NCBI GenBank assembly: GCA_035699145.1
Contig: DASSBB010000076.1
Span: 18,815 to 82,814, forward strand
From: Marmoricola sp.
GTDB taxonomy: Bacteria > Actinomycetota > Actinomycetes > Propionibacteriales > Nocardioidaceae
Length of the DNA: 64,000 nt
Direction: 5' to 3'
The notes under the pieces were generated by a model. The model was not told the origin of the DNA. It ran no database searches and saw only the letters and a list, made by a program, of their open reading frames with translations. Position numbers and translations under genes: made by a program. Positions 27,821-38,449 of this stretch are shown piece after piece; position 1 is the stretch's first letter; every line of letters begins with the position of its first letter.

Positions 27821-29596
27821 TCAGGGGGTGCGGAGCTTGGCGAGCCGGGCCTCGAGGAGGGGCACCCGGTGGGCGTTGCCATGCAGCTGCACGTACCGCA
27901 TCCCGAAGAGGTCGAGGAGGGCGTCGTCGAGCCGACGGACGGCTCCGGCGGGGTACTTGTACCCCATCCGAGCGTCGATCGTCGTGTGGTCGACCGAGGC
28001 GAGCAGCCCGCCGAGCTCGTCGAGCGAGGTGATCCCCAGCTCGAGCAGCAGCCCTGCCACCCACTGGTAGTGGTCGGGGCGTGACCAGCCCGCCTCGACG
28101 AACCGCCCGGCGAGGAACGCCGCGAGCTCCTGGTCGCTGATCCGCGGGTCCTCCGAGGCGCCGTCGACCGGACGGTCCGGGAGCGCCGCCTGCAACCGGT
28201 CCCGGATCTGGGAGAACTCCCGGTCGGCGAGCTCGAGCAGCCCGGCCGCCAGCGTGAACCGCCGGTCGAGGTCGGGGGCGTGCTCCTCGGGGATCGTCCC
28301 CTTGTAGCGGATCGCGTGCTCGAACTCCGCCCACGCATGCTGCAGCACCGTCCGCACCTGCACCTGTGCCTGCCGCCCGCGGATCGCCTCGAGGGCCGGG
28401 CCGGCGCGCCCCACGTCGACGGAGACCAGCAGGTGCCGGCTGGCGTAGCCGAACCGGCCCTCGCTCGCCGTCTCCTGCCCCCAGTCCCGGTCGTCGAGGA
28501 CGACCATCTGGTCACCGAGCAGCTCGGCCACGGCCGCCACGTCGCTGTGCAGGTAGGTGATCACCCGCAGCCCGACCTGGTCGGTGATCTCCTCGAGCGG
28601 GTCCGTGTAGAGCCGCCGGCCGCCTGACGTCCGCTCGGCCTTCGCGGCGAACGAGGCGACGCTCTTGGCCCGACCGGTGACGCTGAGGTAGTTGATGCCG
28701 GCGTCGTCGAGCAGCGTCCTCACCAACGACACGAAGGTCTCCGTGGCGGCCTGCAGCTCCGGCTGCAGCTCGGCAAAGCGGCGGACCGCGTCCCGCGCCG
28801 GGTCCGCCGGCGGAGCGGGAGCGGGGACGGCCGCCGGAGCACGACGCGACGGCTCCTGTCCCTCCGGGAGCGTCGGGGTCACGATGTAGCCGGTCTCGCC
28901 GTCCCCGTAGACGGTCGTGAGGTCCGGCCGCTGGGACGAGAACAGGGCGACGTAGGCGCAGACGACGGCGTCCACCTGGTCCTCGACCTTCCGCAGGTCG
29001 CTCTTGCGCTCGGCGGCCTCGACCAGGGCCCGCAGCGAGAGCCAGGCCGGGTTGTCAGCGACCCGCAGCGGCACCGCGGCGACGTCGAGCCCCTCGAGGT
29101 GGTCCATGAGCACCAGGAGCTCCGACCGCAGTCGTTCGAGGGTCCGACCGGGCTTGTTCTTGTACTTCAGCGTCCGGCCGAGCCCGAACAGCGCCACGGT
29201 CGCCGGGTGCGGGTAGACCTCGATCGCCCGCCGTCGCGCCGTCGACGACGGGTCGGTGTCCAGCTTCAGGGCTGTCGCGATGCGGGCGGCCCGGGGGCCT
29301 CCGGCGAACTCCTTCTTGCCCGTGTTCGCCGGATGCGCTCCGGCGTCGAACCGGGCGAACACCTTGTTGAGCGCGGCCTCCGCGGGGCGGTTGCCGGTGG
29401 CGTTGGCCACGATCAGAGGGGCATCGATCGCGACGAGGCACTCCCCCTCGACGTACGGCGCCACCGCGGCCATGATCGCCGCATCGTCGCCGTGGGTCGA
29501 GACGTGCAGCAGCTCCCCCGCCCCGTCGAGGACGGCGACCCCGGTGGGCCGGTTCTGGCCCCAGGCCAGGTCGAGCCCGACGAAGTGGCCGCTCAC
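27821..29596 (-). CDS. DUF429-like (predicted RNase H-fold) domain fused to a RelA/SpoT-type alarmone synthetase domain
   Basis: The N-terminal ~270 aa (FVGLDLAWG...CLVAIDAPL...VYPHPA...EDQVDAVVCAYVA) looks DUF429-like. The central part carries synthetase motifs GRAKSVASFAAK, DQVGLRVITY, GYASRHLLV and VQVRTVLQHAWAEFEH. A helical C-terminal domain of ~150 aa follows. I prefer GTG 29596 (GTGA overlap with the channel stop) over the track ATG 29638, because third-position GC is low before 29596. Confidence 0.8.
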   Translation of the reverse strand: MSGHFVGLDLAWGQNRPTGVAVLDGAGELLHVSTHGDDAAIMAAVAPYVEGECLVAIDAPLIVANATGNRPAEAALNKVFARFDAGAHPANTGKKEFAGGPRAARIATALKLDTDPSSTARRRAIEVYPHPATVALFGLGRTLKYKNKPGRTLERLRSELLVLMDHLEGLDVAAVPLRVADNPAWLSLRALVEAAERKSDLRKVEDQVDAVVCAYVALFSSQRPDLTTVYGDGETGYIVTPTLPEGQEPSRRAPAAVPAPAPPADPARDAVRRFAELQPELQAATETFVSLVRTLLDDAGINYLSVTGRAKSVASFAAKAERTSGGRRLYTDPLEEITDQVGLRVITYLHSDVAAVAELLGDQMVVLDDRDWGQETASEGRFGYASRHLLVSVDVGRAGPALEAIRGRQAQVQVRTVLQHAWAEFEHAIRYKGTIPEEHAPDLDRRFTLAAGLLELADREFSQIRDRLQAALPDRPVDGASEDPRISDQELAAFLAGRFVEAGWSRPDHYQWVAGLLLELGITSLDELGGLLASVDHTTIDARMGYKYPAGAVRRLDDALLDLFGMRYVQLHGNAHRVPLLEARLAKLRTP

Positions 29597-31326
29597 CGGA
29601 GCTGCTCGCTGTCGCGCCGCCCGGCGAGCCTGCGCCACACCCAGCTCGAGGGCGCGAACCGGTCCTCGAGCACGTACGCCGCGGTGGGCTCCTCGGTCAG
29701 CGTCAGCTGGAGGGAGGTGCGAGCGCGCGACCGGCCGGCGATGAGCAGCTGGTCGTCGGTGCGCAGCACCACGTCGTTGTCGGGAGCCATCACCCGGGTG
29801 CCGTCGGCGCGCAGCAGCGCGAGAGGTACGGCGGGCAGCGGCTCGACCCGGAAGGCGGGGTCCCGCAGGAGGTCACCGAGGACGACGCCCTCGGTGGCGA
29901 GCCGGTCGACCAGGGCCGGCGCCCGGGCAGCGTCGAGGTGAACCCGCCACAGGTCGGGGGCACCGGTCCCGCACCTCTCGACCAGCCGGTCGAGCATCCG
30001 CCGCGACCACGCCTCGCCCTCACGAGGCACGCGAGGCAGGAACCGCATGAGCACCGGGCTGGCGATCCGCGCCAGCACCTCGTGGGCGATCACCTCCGCG
30101 GGCACCATGCCGAAGTCCACGCCCACGGCCTCGAACAGCTTCGAGTTGGCCCGACGGTTCTGCAGGGCCGCGACGAAGGCGTCCGGGTTCGCCCGGCGGG
30201 CCGCGTCGACCAGCCAGAGGTTGGTGGTGTCGTTCTCGGTGGCGGCGACAAAGCCGACCGCGTCGTCCACATCACCCGCCTCGACGACGACCGAGCTGTC
30301 CCCCTCGCCGGCCCGGACCGTGCCGCCGGTGACGCGCACCCGGGTCACCTCGAGCTCCTCGGCCTCCAGGTCGGCGGTGAGCTCGTCGCCGAACCGGCCG
30401 TGCCCGGCCACGACCCACCGGCCGCGCGGCGGGGGCACGGGCCGGTCGGGCAGCGGCGTGCCCGGGGCGCTGGTCAGCCACACCATCAGCTGGTAGGCAG
30501 CCGGCGAGCGGAGCAGGATCCGCAGGTGGTCGCCGAACCGGTCCAGCGGGTTGACCACCTCCTGCGCGGCGAAGGCTCGCATCCGCTCGGCGACATCACG
30601 CGAGCTCGACCTCGCGATCACCGGGAGGTCGGGCCGGAGCAGCGCGGTCGTCATCGTCACGTCGAGGTTCGTCCCGTCGTCGCCGGTCAGGGCGACCACT
30701 CCCTCACAGTGCCGGTGCCCCAGCCCGGCAAGCGTCATCCGGCTGGTGTCCCGGGCGTCGCCGAGCAACGCCGGTGCGTCGGCGGTGTAGGAGTCGAGGT
30801 CGACCTGGGAGACCCGCCTCTCCTCGCGGTCGATGACCACGAAGCGTCGGCCCATGTCGTCGAGAGAGCGCGCGAGCATCTTGGTCGCGTTCCCGTAGCC
30901 GACGAGGAGGAGGAACGGCTCGCCCATCCGGCGTACCGCCTTGTAGAAAGCCCGGCGCGCGAGGGCCTGGCGGAAGGCGGTGTCCTGCATGAGCGAGAGC
31001 AGGGAGCCGATCGCGTAGGCCCACCCGACCACCGAGAGGAAGATGACGACCGTCACCCACATCCGCTGCTCGGTCGTGAAGGGGTGCGGGATCTCGCCGA
31101 AGCCGATCGTCGACGCCGTGTAGGTCATGAAGTAGAACGCCTCGAACAGGCTCAACCGGTCAGGCCGCCCCTGGTCGTCGACGCCGGGGACCAGCGACAG
31201 CCCGAGCACGCTGACGGCGAAGATCGAGATGAGCACGATGAGCGGCACGCGCATCCGACGCATGACGAGGACGAGCCCGGCCGAGGCGAGCTGGCCGCGG
31301 ATCTCCGGGAGCGGGGTGGGGGCCAC
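29593..31326 (-). CDS. Two-TM potassium channel with tandem RCK/TrkA-N domains
   Basis: The pore helix plus filter is FYFMTYTASTIGFGE. Two Rossmann loops are present: LLLVGYGNATK and WVVAGHGRFG. 577 aa. The start is uncertain; an internal Met at residue 22 is possible. Confidence 0.8.
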   Translation of the reverse strand: MAPTPLPEIRGQLASAGLVLVMRRMRVPLIVLISIFAVSVLGLSLVPGVDDQGRPDRLSLFEAFYFMTYTASTIGFGEIPHPFTTEQRMWVTVVIFLSVVGWAYAIGSLLSLMQDTAFRQALARRAFYKAVRRMGEPFLLLVGYGNATKMLARSLDDMGRRFVVIDREERRVSQVDLDSYTADAPALLGDARDTSRMTLAGLGHRHCEGVVALTGDDGTNLDVTMTTALLRPDLPVIARSSSRDVAERMRAFAAQEVVNPLDRFGDHLRILLRSPAAYQLMVWLTSAPGTPLPDRPVPPPRGRWVVAGHGRFGDELTADLEAEELEVTRVRVTGGTVRAGEGDSSVVVEAGDVDDAVGFVAATENDTTNLWLVDAARRANPDAFVAALQNRRANSKLFEAVGVDFGMVPAEVIAHEVLARIASPVLMRFLPRVPREGEAWSRRMLDRLVERCGTGAPDLWRVHLDAARAPALVDRLATEGVVLGDLLRDPAFRVEPLPAVPLALLRADGTRVMAPDNDVVLRTDDQLLIAGRSRARTSLQLTLTEEPTAAYVLEDRFAPSSWVWRRLAGRRDSEQLR

Positions 31327-31332
31327 GGCGGC

Positions 31333-31719
31333 CTAGCGACGGCGGAACGAGACGGTCTCGACGACCAGCAGGACGACCGAGACGATGTTCGCGAACAGCG
31401 CACCACCCGAGAGCGAGACCACCGCGGCGGTGGTCTCCGGGTCGAGGGAGCTGCCCCCGACGTTGGTGGCGAACGCCCAGACCACCGCTCCGGAGACGAG
31501 CTGCAGCGTCGCGACGAGACTCGTGGCGAGGTGCACCGCGCCGATCTGGGTGCGGTCGCCGAACTTGAGCACGGTGGCGATGAGGTTGACCACGACCGCG
31601 GCGAAGAGCTCGTAGACGTTGTGGACGTGCGGGGCGTCGATCGGGCCGATGAAGAACCCGAAGTTGAGGGTGGCGGCGAGCAGCACGAAGAAGCCGAAGA
31701 TCACCTTCTCCAGGTTCAT
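31333..31719 (-). CDS. Hypothetical small integral membrane protein (128 aa, about 4 TM helices)
   Basis: ATG 31719 with a GAGGGAG RBS. It is hydrophobic throughout and lies 6 nt upstream of the channel gene. Confidence 0.6.
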   Translation of the reverse strand: MNLEKVIFGFFVLLAATLNFGFFIGPIDAPHVHNVYELFAAVVVNLIATVLKFGDRTQIGAVHLATSLVATLQLVSGAVVWAFATNVGGSSLDPETTAAVVSLSGGALFANIVSVVLLVVETVSFRRR

Positions 31720-31801
31720 CGACGCTCCCTCGCTCGGCTTCTGGGCATCGTACGGCGGCGCCCACCGATCGTGCTGCACGTGACCGTGCGGCGGCGAGCC
31801 G

Positions 31802-32017
31802 TCAGGAGGACCGCTTGATGAACTTGTGCGTGCCGTCGCACCACGGCGCACGCTGGCTGCGCCCGCACATGCAGACGCCGACCACAGGGCGGGTGACCGG
31901 GTGCTCGGTGCCGTCCTGGTCACGGACGACGTCGGCGCCACGCACCAGCGCGGGACGGTTCTCCCCGCAGAGCACGATCTCGACGTCGTGTCCGACGGCC
32001 TCGGGGACGGCGGTCAC
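31802..32017 (-). CDS. CDGSH iron-sulfur domain protein
   Basis: 71 aa with CMCGRSQRAPWCDGTH, the CDGSH 2Fe-2S signature. It overlaps the stop of the upstream gene by 4 nt. Confidence 0.85.
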   Translation of the reverse strand: MTAVPEAVGHDVEIVLCGENRPALVRGADVVRDQDGTEHPVTRPVVGVCMCGRSQRAPWCDGTHKFIKRSS

Positions 32018-33024
32018 GCGGCACCGACCAGGTCGGCCGCGTCGCGCAGTGCGCTACGGCCCTCACGCCAAGCGGTCACCAGCCCGGCGCCGTCGAGAGC
32101 CTCGAGGTGGCAGCAGACGAAGGCGCCGAAGAGGATGTCGGCGACCAGCTCCGGCTCGTCGTCCCCCAGCACTCCGCAGATGTCCCGGAGCGCCAGCTGC
32201 TCGTGGACGGCGTCGGCCTCGACGTGCTCGTCGAAGTACTCCGCCGCCCTCTCGGACAGCCCGATCCGCCGCATCCCCTGGGCGATCCGGCGGCACGGGA
32301 TCGAGCTCGTGCTCTCGAAGGCGGCGAGGTGGCCCATCGCGGCGCCACGGAACCGGCGGTGCAGCGCGAAGAGCGACGTCGCGTTGTTGACGGCGAGCGT
32401 GGTTGCGGGGGCGTGCTGGAGGTAGACGCCGTACGTGTCGTCGAGCCCGGCCTCGACGAGCGTGCGGGCGAACAGCGTCTGGTGGAGCCGGTCGGGTCTG
32501 CCGGAGCCGTACTCGTCGTACTGCAGCTCGGCGAGCCGCACCTTCGGGACGCCGCGCAGCCTCGCCAGGACGAACGACTGGGGGTCGGACTCCTTGAGGT
32601 GGTAGACGCTCTTGATCTTGAGGTACTCGCGGTACTGCTCCAGAGTCGCCTCGCGCTGCATGAACCGCGCGAGGTCGGCCCCGGGGACCGCCTCGACGAG
32701 CGCCTCGATCCGCTCGTGGAGCGGCGCGTCGGGGGACGTCTCGGGCACCGGCCCGGCCGCGCGGAGGGCGTCGACGAAGACCCTCTCCAGGACGGCGCGG
32801 CAGGCAAACGCGCCCGGGTGCCACTCCCACTCCTCGTCGCAGTCGTCGAACCCCCGGTAGTGCAGCTCGTAGAGGACCCAGAGGGCGAGCTGGAAGTCGG
32901 CGTCGTGGAGGCAGTCACCGTCGTACGAGGAGGGGCCGGACGGGAACGAGCCCGTTGTCGCCGGGGCACGGAGGGCGTCGATGACCTGGGCGCTCAACGC
33001 GCCGGTCGGCTCAGGAAGTAGCAC
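32014..33024 (-). CDS. Iron-containing redox enzyme family protein (heme-oxygenase-like fold, possible diiron oxidase)
   Basis: 336 aa, all-helical. Candidate carboxylate/His ligand blocks are LAELQYDEYGSG, GHLAAFESTS and YFDEHVEADAVHEQ. Confidence 0.6.
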   Translation of the reverse strand: MLLPEPTGALSAQVIDALRAPATTGSFPSGPSSYDGDCLHDADFQLALWVLYELHYRGFDDCDEEWEWHPGAFACRAVLERVFVDALRAAGPVPETSPDAPLHERIEALVEAVPGADLARFMQREATLEQYREYLKIKSVYHLKESDPQSFVLARLRGVPKVRLAELQYDEYGSGRPDRLHQTLFARTLVEAGLDDTYGVYLQHAPATTLAVNNATSLFALHRRFRGAAMGHLAAFESTSSIPCRRIAQGMRRIGLSERAAEYFDEHVEADAVHEQLALRDICGVLGDDEPELVADILFGAFVCCHLEALDGAGLVTAWREGRSALRDAADLVGAA

Positions 33025-33099
33025 CGCAGCGGTCCCCTCACACTCGGGCCGGCGCCCGCGCGCCGGTCGTCGCCTGCTTCCTACCCGGCGAGTACCGAG

Positions 33100-34587
33100 T
33101 TACACGGTTCGGGTTCGCAACGGCCGCGTCGCCGGCCCCTCGAGGACCTGGCCGTCAGGAGTGAACCGCGAACCGTGCAGCGGGCAGTCCCACGACTTCT
33201 CGGCGTCGTTCCACTTCAGGGTTCCTCCCACATGGGTGCAGATCGCGACGACCGAGCAGGTCTTCCCGTCCACGGTGGCGGTTCCCGTCGGCACGAGCCC
33301 GTCCCGGCCGACGACGCCGGCGCCCTCGGCCGGGAGCTCATCGGTCCTCCGCAGTCCAGCCCGAACCGTCGAGGCGAGCTCGGCGGCCGCGACGCCGACG
33401 TTCATCCGGCCGACCTGCAGACCACCTGACGACGTCGGCTTCCGCTCCGCCATCGTCCGCGCCCAGTGCGGCACCTCACCGCCGAGGATCGTCGCGCTCA
33501 GCTGGAGGGATGCCGCGACCGCATTGGTCATCCCCCACTTGTCGTAGCCGGTCGCGTAGTGGATCCGTCCGCCGCCGAGCGGCAGCTTCCCGACCAGTGG
33601 CACCCCGTCGTACGGCGAGTAGTCCTGCGCGGACCAGGCGTGCGTCTCGGTGGCGCCCGGGAAGTGCTCCTGGGTCCACGAGCGGAGCTCGTCGAGGTGC
33701 TGCCGCTCCGAGGGGGTCCTGCCGACGGTGTGGCCGCTGCCGCCGACGAGGAAGACGCTCCTCCCGTCGCCGACCGGCACGTCGCGCAAGGAGCGCGACG
33801 AGGAGCCGGCGGAGAGGTACATCCCGTCGGGGATCGAAGCTCCCTCGTAGGCCAGCAGGTAGGAGCGCTTCGGCTCGGCCTTCGCCCAGGTCACCGCCCG
33901 GTCGAGGATCGGCATGCCGGTGGCGAGCACGAGGTTGTCCGCCGTCAGGGTGCGCCCGGAGTCGAGCCGGAGCTCGGGGCGGCCGCTCTTGGACACCGAC
34001 ACCACCCGGTGTCCCTCGTGCACCGTCCCGCCGTGAGCCCTCAGCTGCTCGACGAGCGCGGCGAGGACCGCCATCGGGTCGAACTGCGCCTGGTCGGCGA
34101 GCACCACCGCCCCGTGGTTCGGGAACGGCACGTCGAGCCGGTCACGCCACTCGACCTCGAGGCCGAGCTGGGACGCCGCCTCGTGCTCCTTGCGGACGGC
34201 GCTCAGCTCCGTCGGGTCGGCGGCGTAGGTGACGGCGTCGCGGGGCTGCACCGCGACCCCGTGGTCGCGGCAGAACCGGAGCAGCCACTCCTTGCCCTCG
34301 AGGTTCCCCTCGAGGTAGGCGCGGGCGACCTGCTCGGTCTGCCTGGAGAGGATCTCGCTCAGCTTGGTGCCCTGGAGCAGCGAGACCTTGGCGGTCGTCC
34401 GGCCTGTCGTCACCGCTCCGACGTGCCTCGCCTCGACCACGCCGACCCGACGGCCGGCCCGGGCGAGGAGCAGGGCGGTGGTGAGCCCGGTGAGCCCCGC
34501 TCCGACGACGATCTCCTCGAACCTCCCGTCCTCGGGGAACGGGTCCTCGAGGTGCTCGAGGGGGCGGTCCAGCCACAAGGATGTCAT
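33100..34587 (-). CDS. FAD-dependent oxidoreductase with C-terminal Rieske 2Fe-2S domain
   Basis: The N-terminal dinucleotide fold is IVVGAGLTGLTTALLLARAG. The C-terminal Rieske motif is CTHVGG...CPLHGSRF. Confidence 0.8.
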   Translation of the reverse strand: MTSLWLDRPLEHLEDPFPEDGRFEEIVVGAGLTGLTTALLLARAGRRVGVVEARHVGAVTTGRTTAKVSLLQGTKLSEILSRQTEQVARAYLEGNLEGKEWLLRFCRDHGVAVQPRDAVTYAADPTELSAVRKEHEAASQLGLEVEWRDRLDVPFPNHGAVVLADQAQFDPMAVLAALVEQLRAHGGTVHEGHRVVSVSKSGRPELRLDSGRTLTADNLVLATGMPILDRAVTWAKAEPKRSYLLAYEGASIPDGMYLSAGSSSRSLRDVPVGDGRSVFLVGGSGHTVGRTPSERQHLDELRSWTQEHFPGATETHAWSAQDYSPYDGVPLVGKLPLGGGRIHYATGYDKWGMTNAVAASLQLSATILGGEVPHWARTMAERKPTSSGGLQVGRMNVGVAAAELASTVRAGLRRTDELPAEGAGVVGRDGLVPTGTATVDGKTCSVVAICTHVGGTLKWNDAEKSWDCPLHGSRFTPDGQVLEGPATRPLRTRTV

Positions 34588-34680
34588 GGAGAACGGGCTC
34601 CTGGAGGGTCGGAGACGATGACCTTGCTCCTACCCTGTCGCAAGCGGCGCGAACCGGACGGCGTCTGCGATCATCGGCGG

Positions 34681-36700
<2,020 letters not shown>

Positions 36701-36774
36701 CTACGCAGGCGGACCGACGGTCGTCGGCCTCCGAAAGGGGGCGACCGTGCGCTCCGCCGGCCCGCCGCCGTACC

Positions 36775-37899
36775 GTGTGCGTGGTGGAGGTAGTAGAACA
36801 GCTTCGTCGACGACACTGCGTGGAGCCCGCGGCCGTCGCTTCGGCGCCCGGACGGGTCAACCTCATCGGTGAGCACCTGGACTACAACGGCGGGCTCTCC
36901 CTGCCGATCGCCCTCCCCTGCCGCACGTACGTCGCCGTGGCGCCCCGCAGCGACGGCAGGCTGGTGGTCGACACGCTGCAGGAGGGCGACCGGGTCGAGC
37001 TCGCGACCGCCGAGCTGGCGCCGGGCGAGGGTGGGTGGGCCGGCTACGTCCTCGGTGTGGTCTGGGCGCTGGCCTCTGCCGGCGACGGGCTCACCCTCAT
37101 GGTCGACGGCCGGGTGCCGCTCGGCGCGGGGTTGTCGAGCTCCGCGGCCCTGGAGTGCGCGACGGCCGTCGCGGTCGATGCGCTCACCGGCGCCGGCGCG
37201 AGCGCCGACCAGCTCGTCGACGCCTGCGTCCGCGCCGAGAACGACTACGTCGGGGCGCCGACCGGCACCATGGACCAGACCGTCTCCATGCTGGCCGAGG
37301 AAGGCCACGCCCTGCTCCTCGACTTCGCTGCGGGGGACCACCGCCAGGTCCCGTGGCGGCCGGCGGGCGAGCTCGTCGTCATCGACACCCGCGCCAGTCA
37401 CGCGCTCGTCGGCGGGGAGTACGGCGAGCGTCGGCGAGCCTGCGAGGAGGCCGCCGCCACGCTCGGGGTCGAGCACCTCGCGCTCGCCGCCCCGGAGCAG
37501 CTCGAGAGGCTCACGGACCCGGTGCAGAGGCGCCGGGCCGCCCACGTGGTCTCGGAGACGGCCAGGGTCCGCGAGCTCGTCGCGGCGGTCGAGCAGGGCG
37601 ACTGGCGCCGCGTCGGCACGCTGATGACCGAGTCGCACGCCTCGTTGCGCGACGACTACGAGGTGTCCTGCCGGGAGCTCGACGTCGCGGTGGCGGCTGC
37701 GCTCGCCCACGGGGCCTACGGCGCTCGCATGACCGGCGGCGGCTTCGGCGGCTCGGCGATCGCGCTCGTCCCGCCCGGTCGGGGCGAGGAGGTGCGGTCA
37801 GCCGTCACGCACGCCTTCGCAGCCGAGGGGCTGGCCCCGCCCGCCTTCGTCGACGGGACGGCCTCCGGTCCCGCCGAGGTGGTCACCCCGGGGCGCTAG
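36775..37899 (+). CDS. galK: Galactokinase
   Basis: Carries APGRVNLIGEHLDYNGG and the GHMP motif PLGAGLSSSAALECA. Confidence 0.9.
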   Translation: MCVVEVVEQLRRRHCVEPAAVASAPGRVNLIGEHLDYNGGLSLPIALPCRTYVAVAPRSDGRLVVDTLQEGDRVELATAELAPGEGGWAGYVLGVVWALASAGDGLTLMVDGRVPLGAGLSSSAALECATAVAVDALTGAGASADQLVDACVRAENDYVGAPTGTMDQTVSMLAEEGHALLLDFAAGDHRQVPWRPAGELVVIDTRASHALVGGEYGERRRACEEAAATLGVEHLALAAPEQLERLTDPVQRRRAAHVVSETARVRELVAAVEQGDWRRVGTLMTESHASLRDDYEVSCRELDVAVAAALAHGAYGARMTGGGFGGSAIALVPPGRGEEVRSAVTHAFAAEGLAPPAFVDGTASGPAEVVTPGR

Positions 37900-38410
37900 G
37901 TGGCCCGCCGACTCTCCTCGAGGTGGCGCCCTCGGACTTGTCCGTCAGCGAGATCTTCGTGCTCTCGCCGCGGATGCAGGCGTCGCGCACCGTGATCTCG
38001 ACGAGCCCGTCGTCGAACTCCGCACCGATCTCGGACGGTTCGGTGCCCTCGGGAAGAGTGATCACCCGGCGGAACTCGCCGTAGAAGCGCTCCCGGACGT
38101 AGAACTCGGCCTCGTCGCCCCCGTCGCCCCCGTCGTCGCCGGAGCTCCGTGTGCCGGAGACCGTCAGCACCCCGTGGGTGAACCGAAGGTCGACGTCCTC
38201 GGGGTCGACCCCTGCGAGCTCCACCCTGATGATCAAGTCGTCCCCGCGGGCCAGGATGTCGGTCGTGGGCACCCACGCGGACGCGTGGGTGCGCTCACCG
38301 GCCTCGACCCCGGGAGCACCGCCTCCGCGGACTCCCAGGGACCGCAGGCGAGCAAGCTCGCTGAAGAAGTCTGTGACGCCGTCGAACGGGTTGCGCTTGG
38401 GGTCCGGCAC
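37883..38410 (-). CDS. Hsp20/alpha-crystallin family small heat shock protein
   Basis: 175 aa. The alpha-crystallin domain core is WVPTTDILARGDDLIIRVELAGV...GVLTVSG...ERFYGEFRRVITLP. Confidence 0.85.
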   Translation of the reverse strand: MPDPKRNPFDGVTDFFSELARLRSLGVRGGGAPGVEAGERTHASAWVPTTDILARGDDLIIRVELAGVDPEDVDLRFTHGVLTVSGTRSSGDDGGDGGDEAEFYVRERFYGEFRRVITLPEGTEPSEIGAEFDDGLVEITVRDACIRGESTKISLTDKSEGATSRRVGGPPSAPG

Positions 38411-38449
38411 CGGGGGCTCCTTGGGGTGAGGCTCTGACGGTAGTACGGC

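Noticed and set aside
29597-29638. An upstream ATG start (29638) for the DUF429-RelA/SpoT gene, overlapping the channel gene by 46 nt.
   Set aside because: Third-position GC is low in this frame before 29596. GTG 29596 gives the common GTGA stop/start coupling and an N-terminus (VSGHFVGLDLAWG) that starts at the conserved domain.
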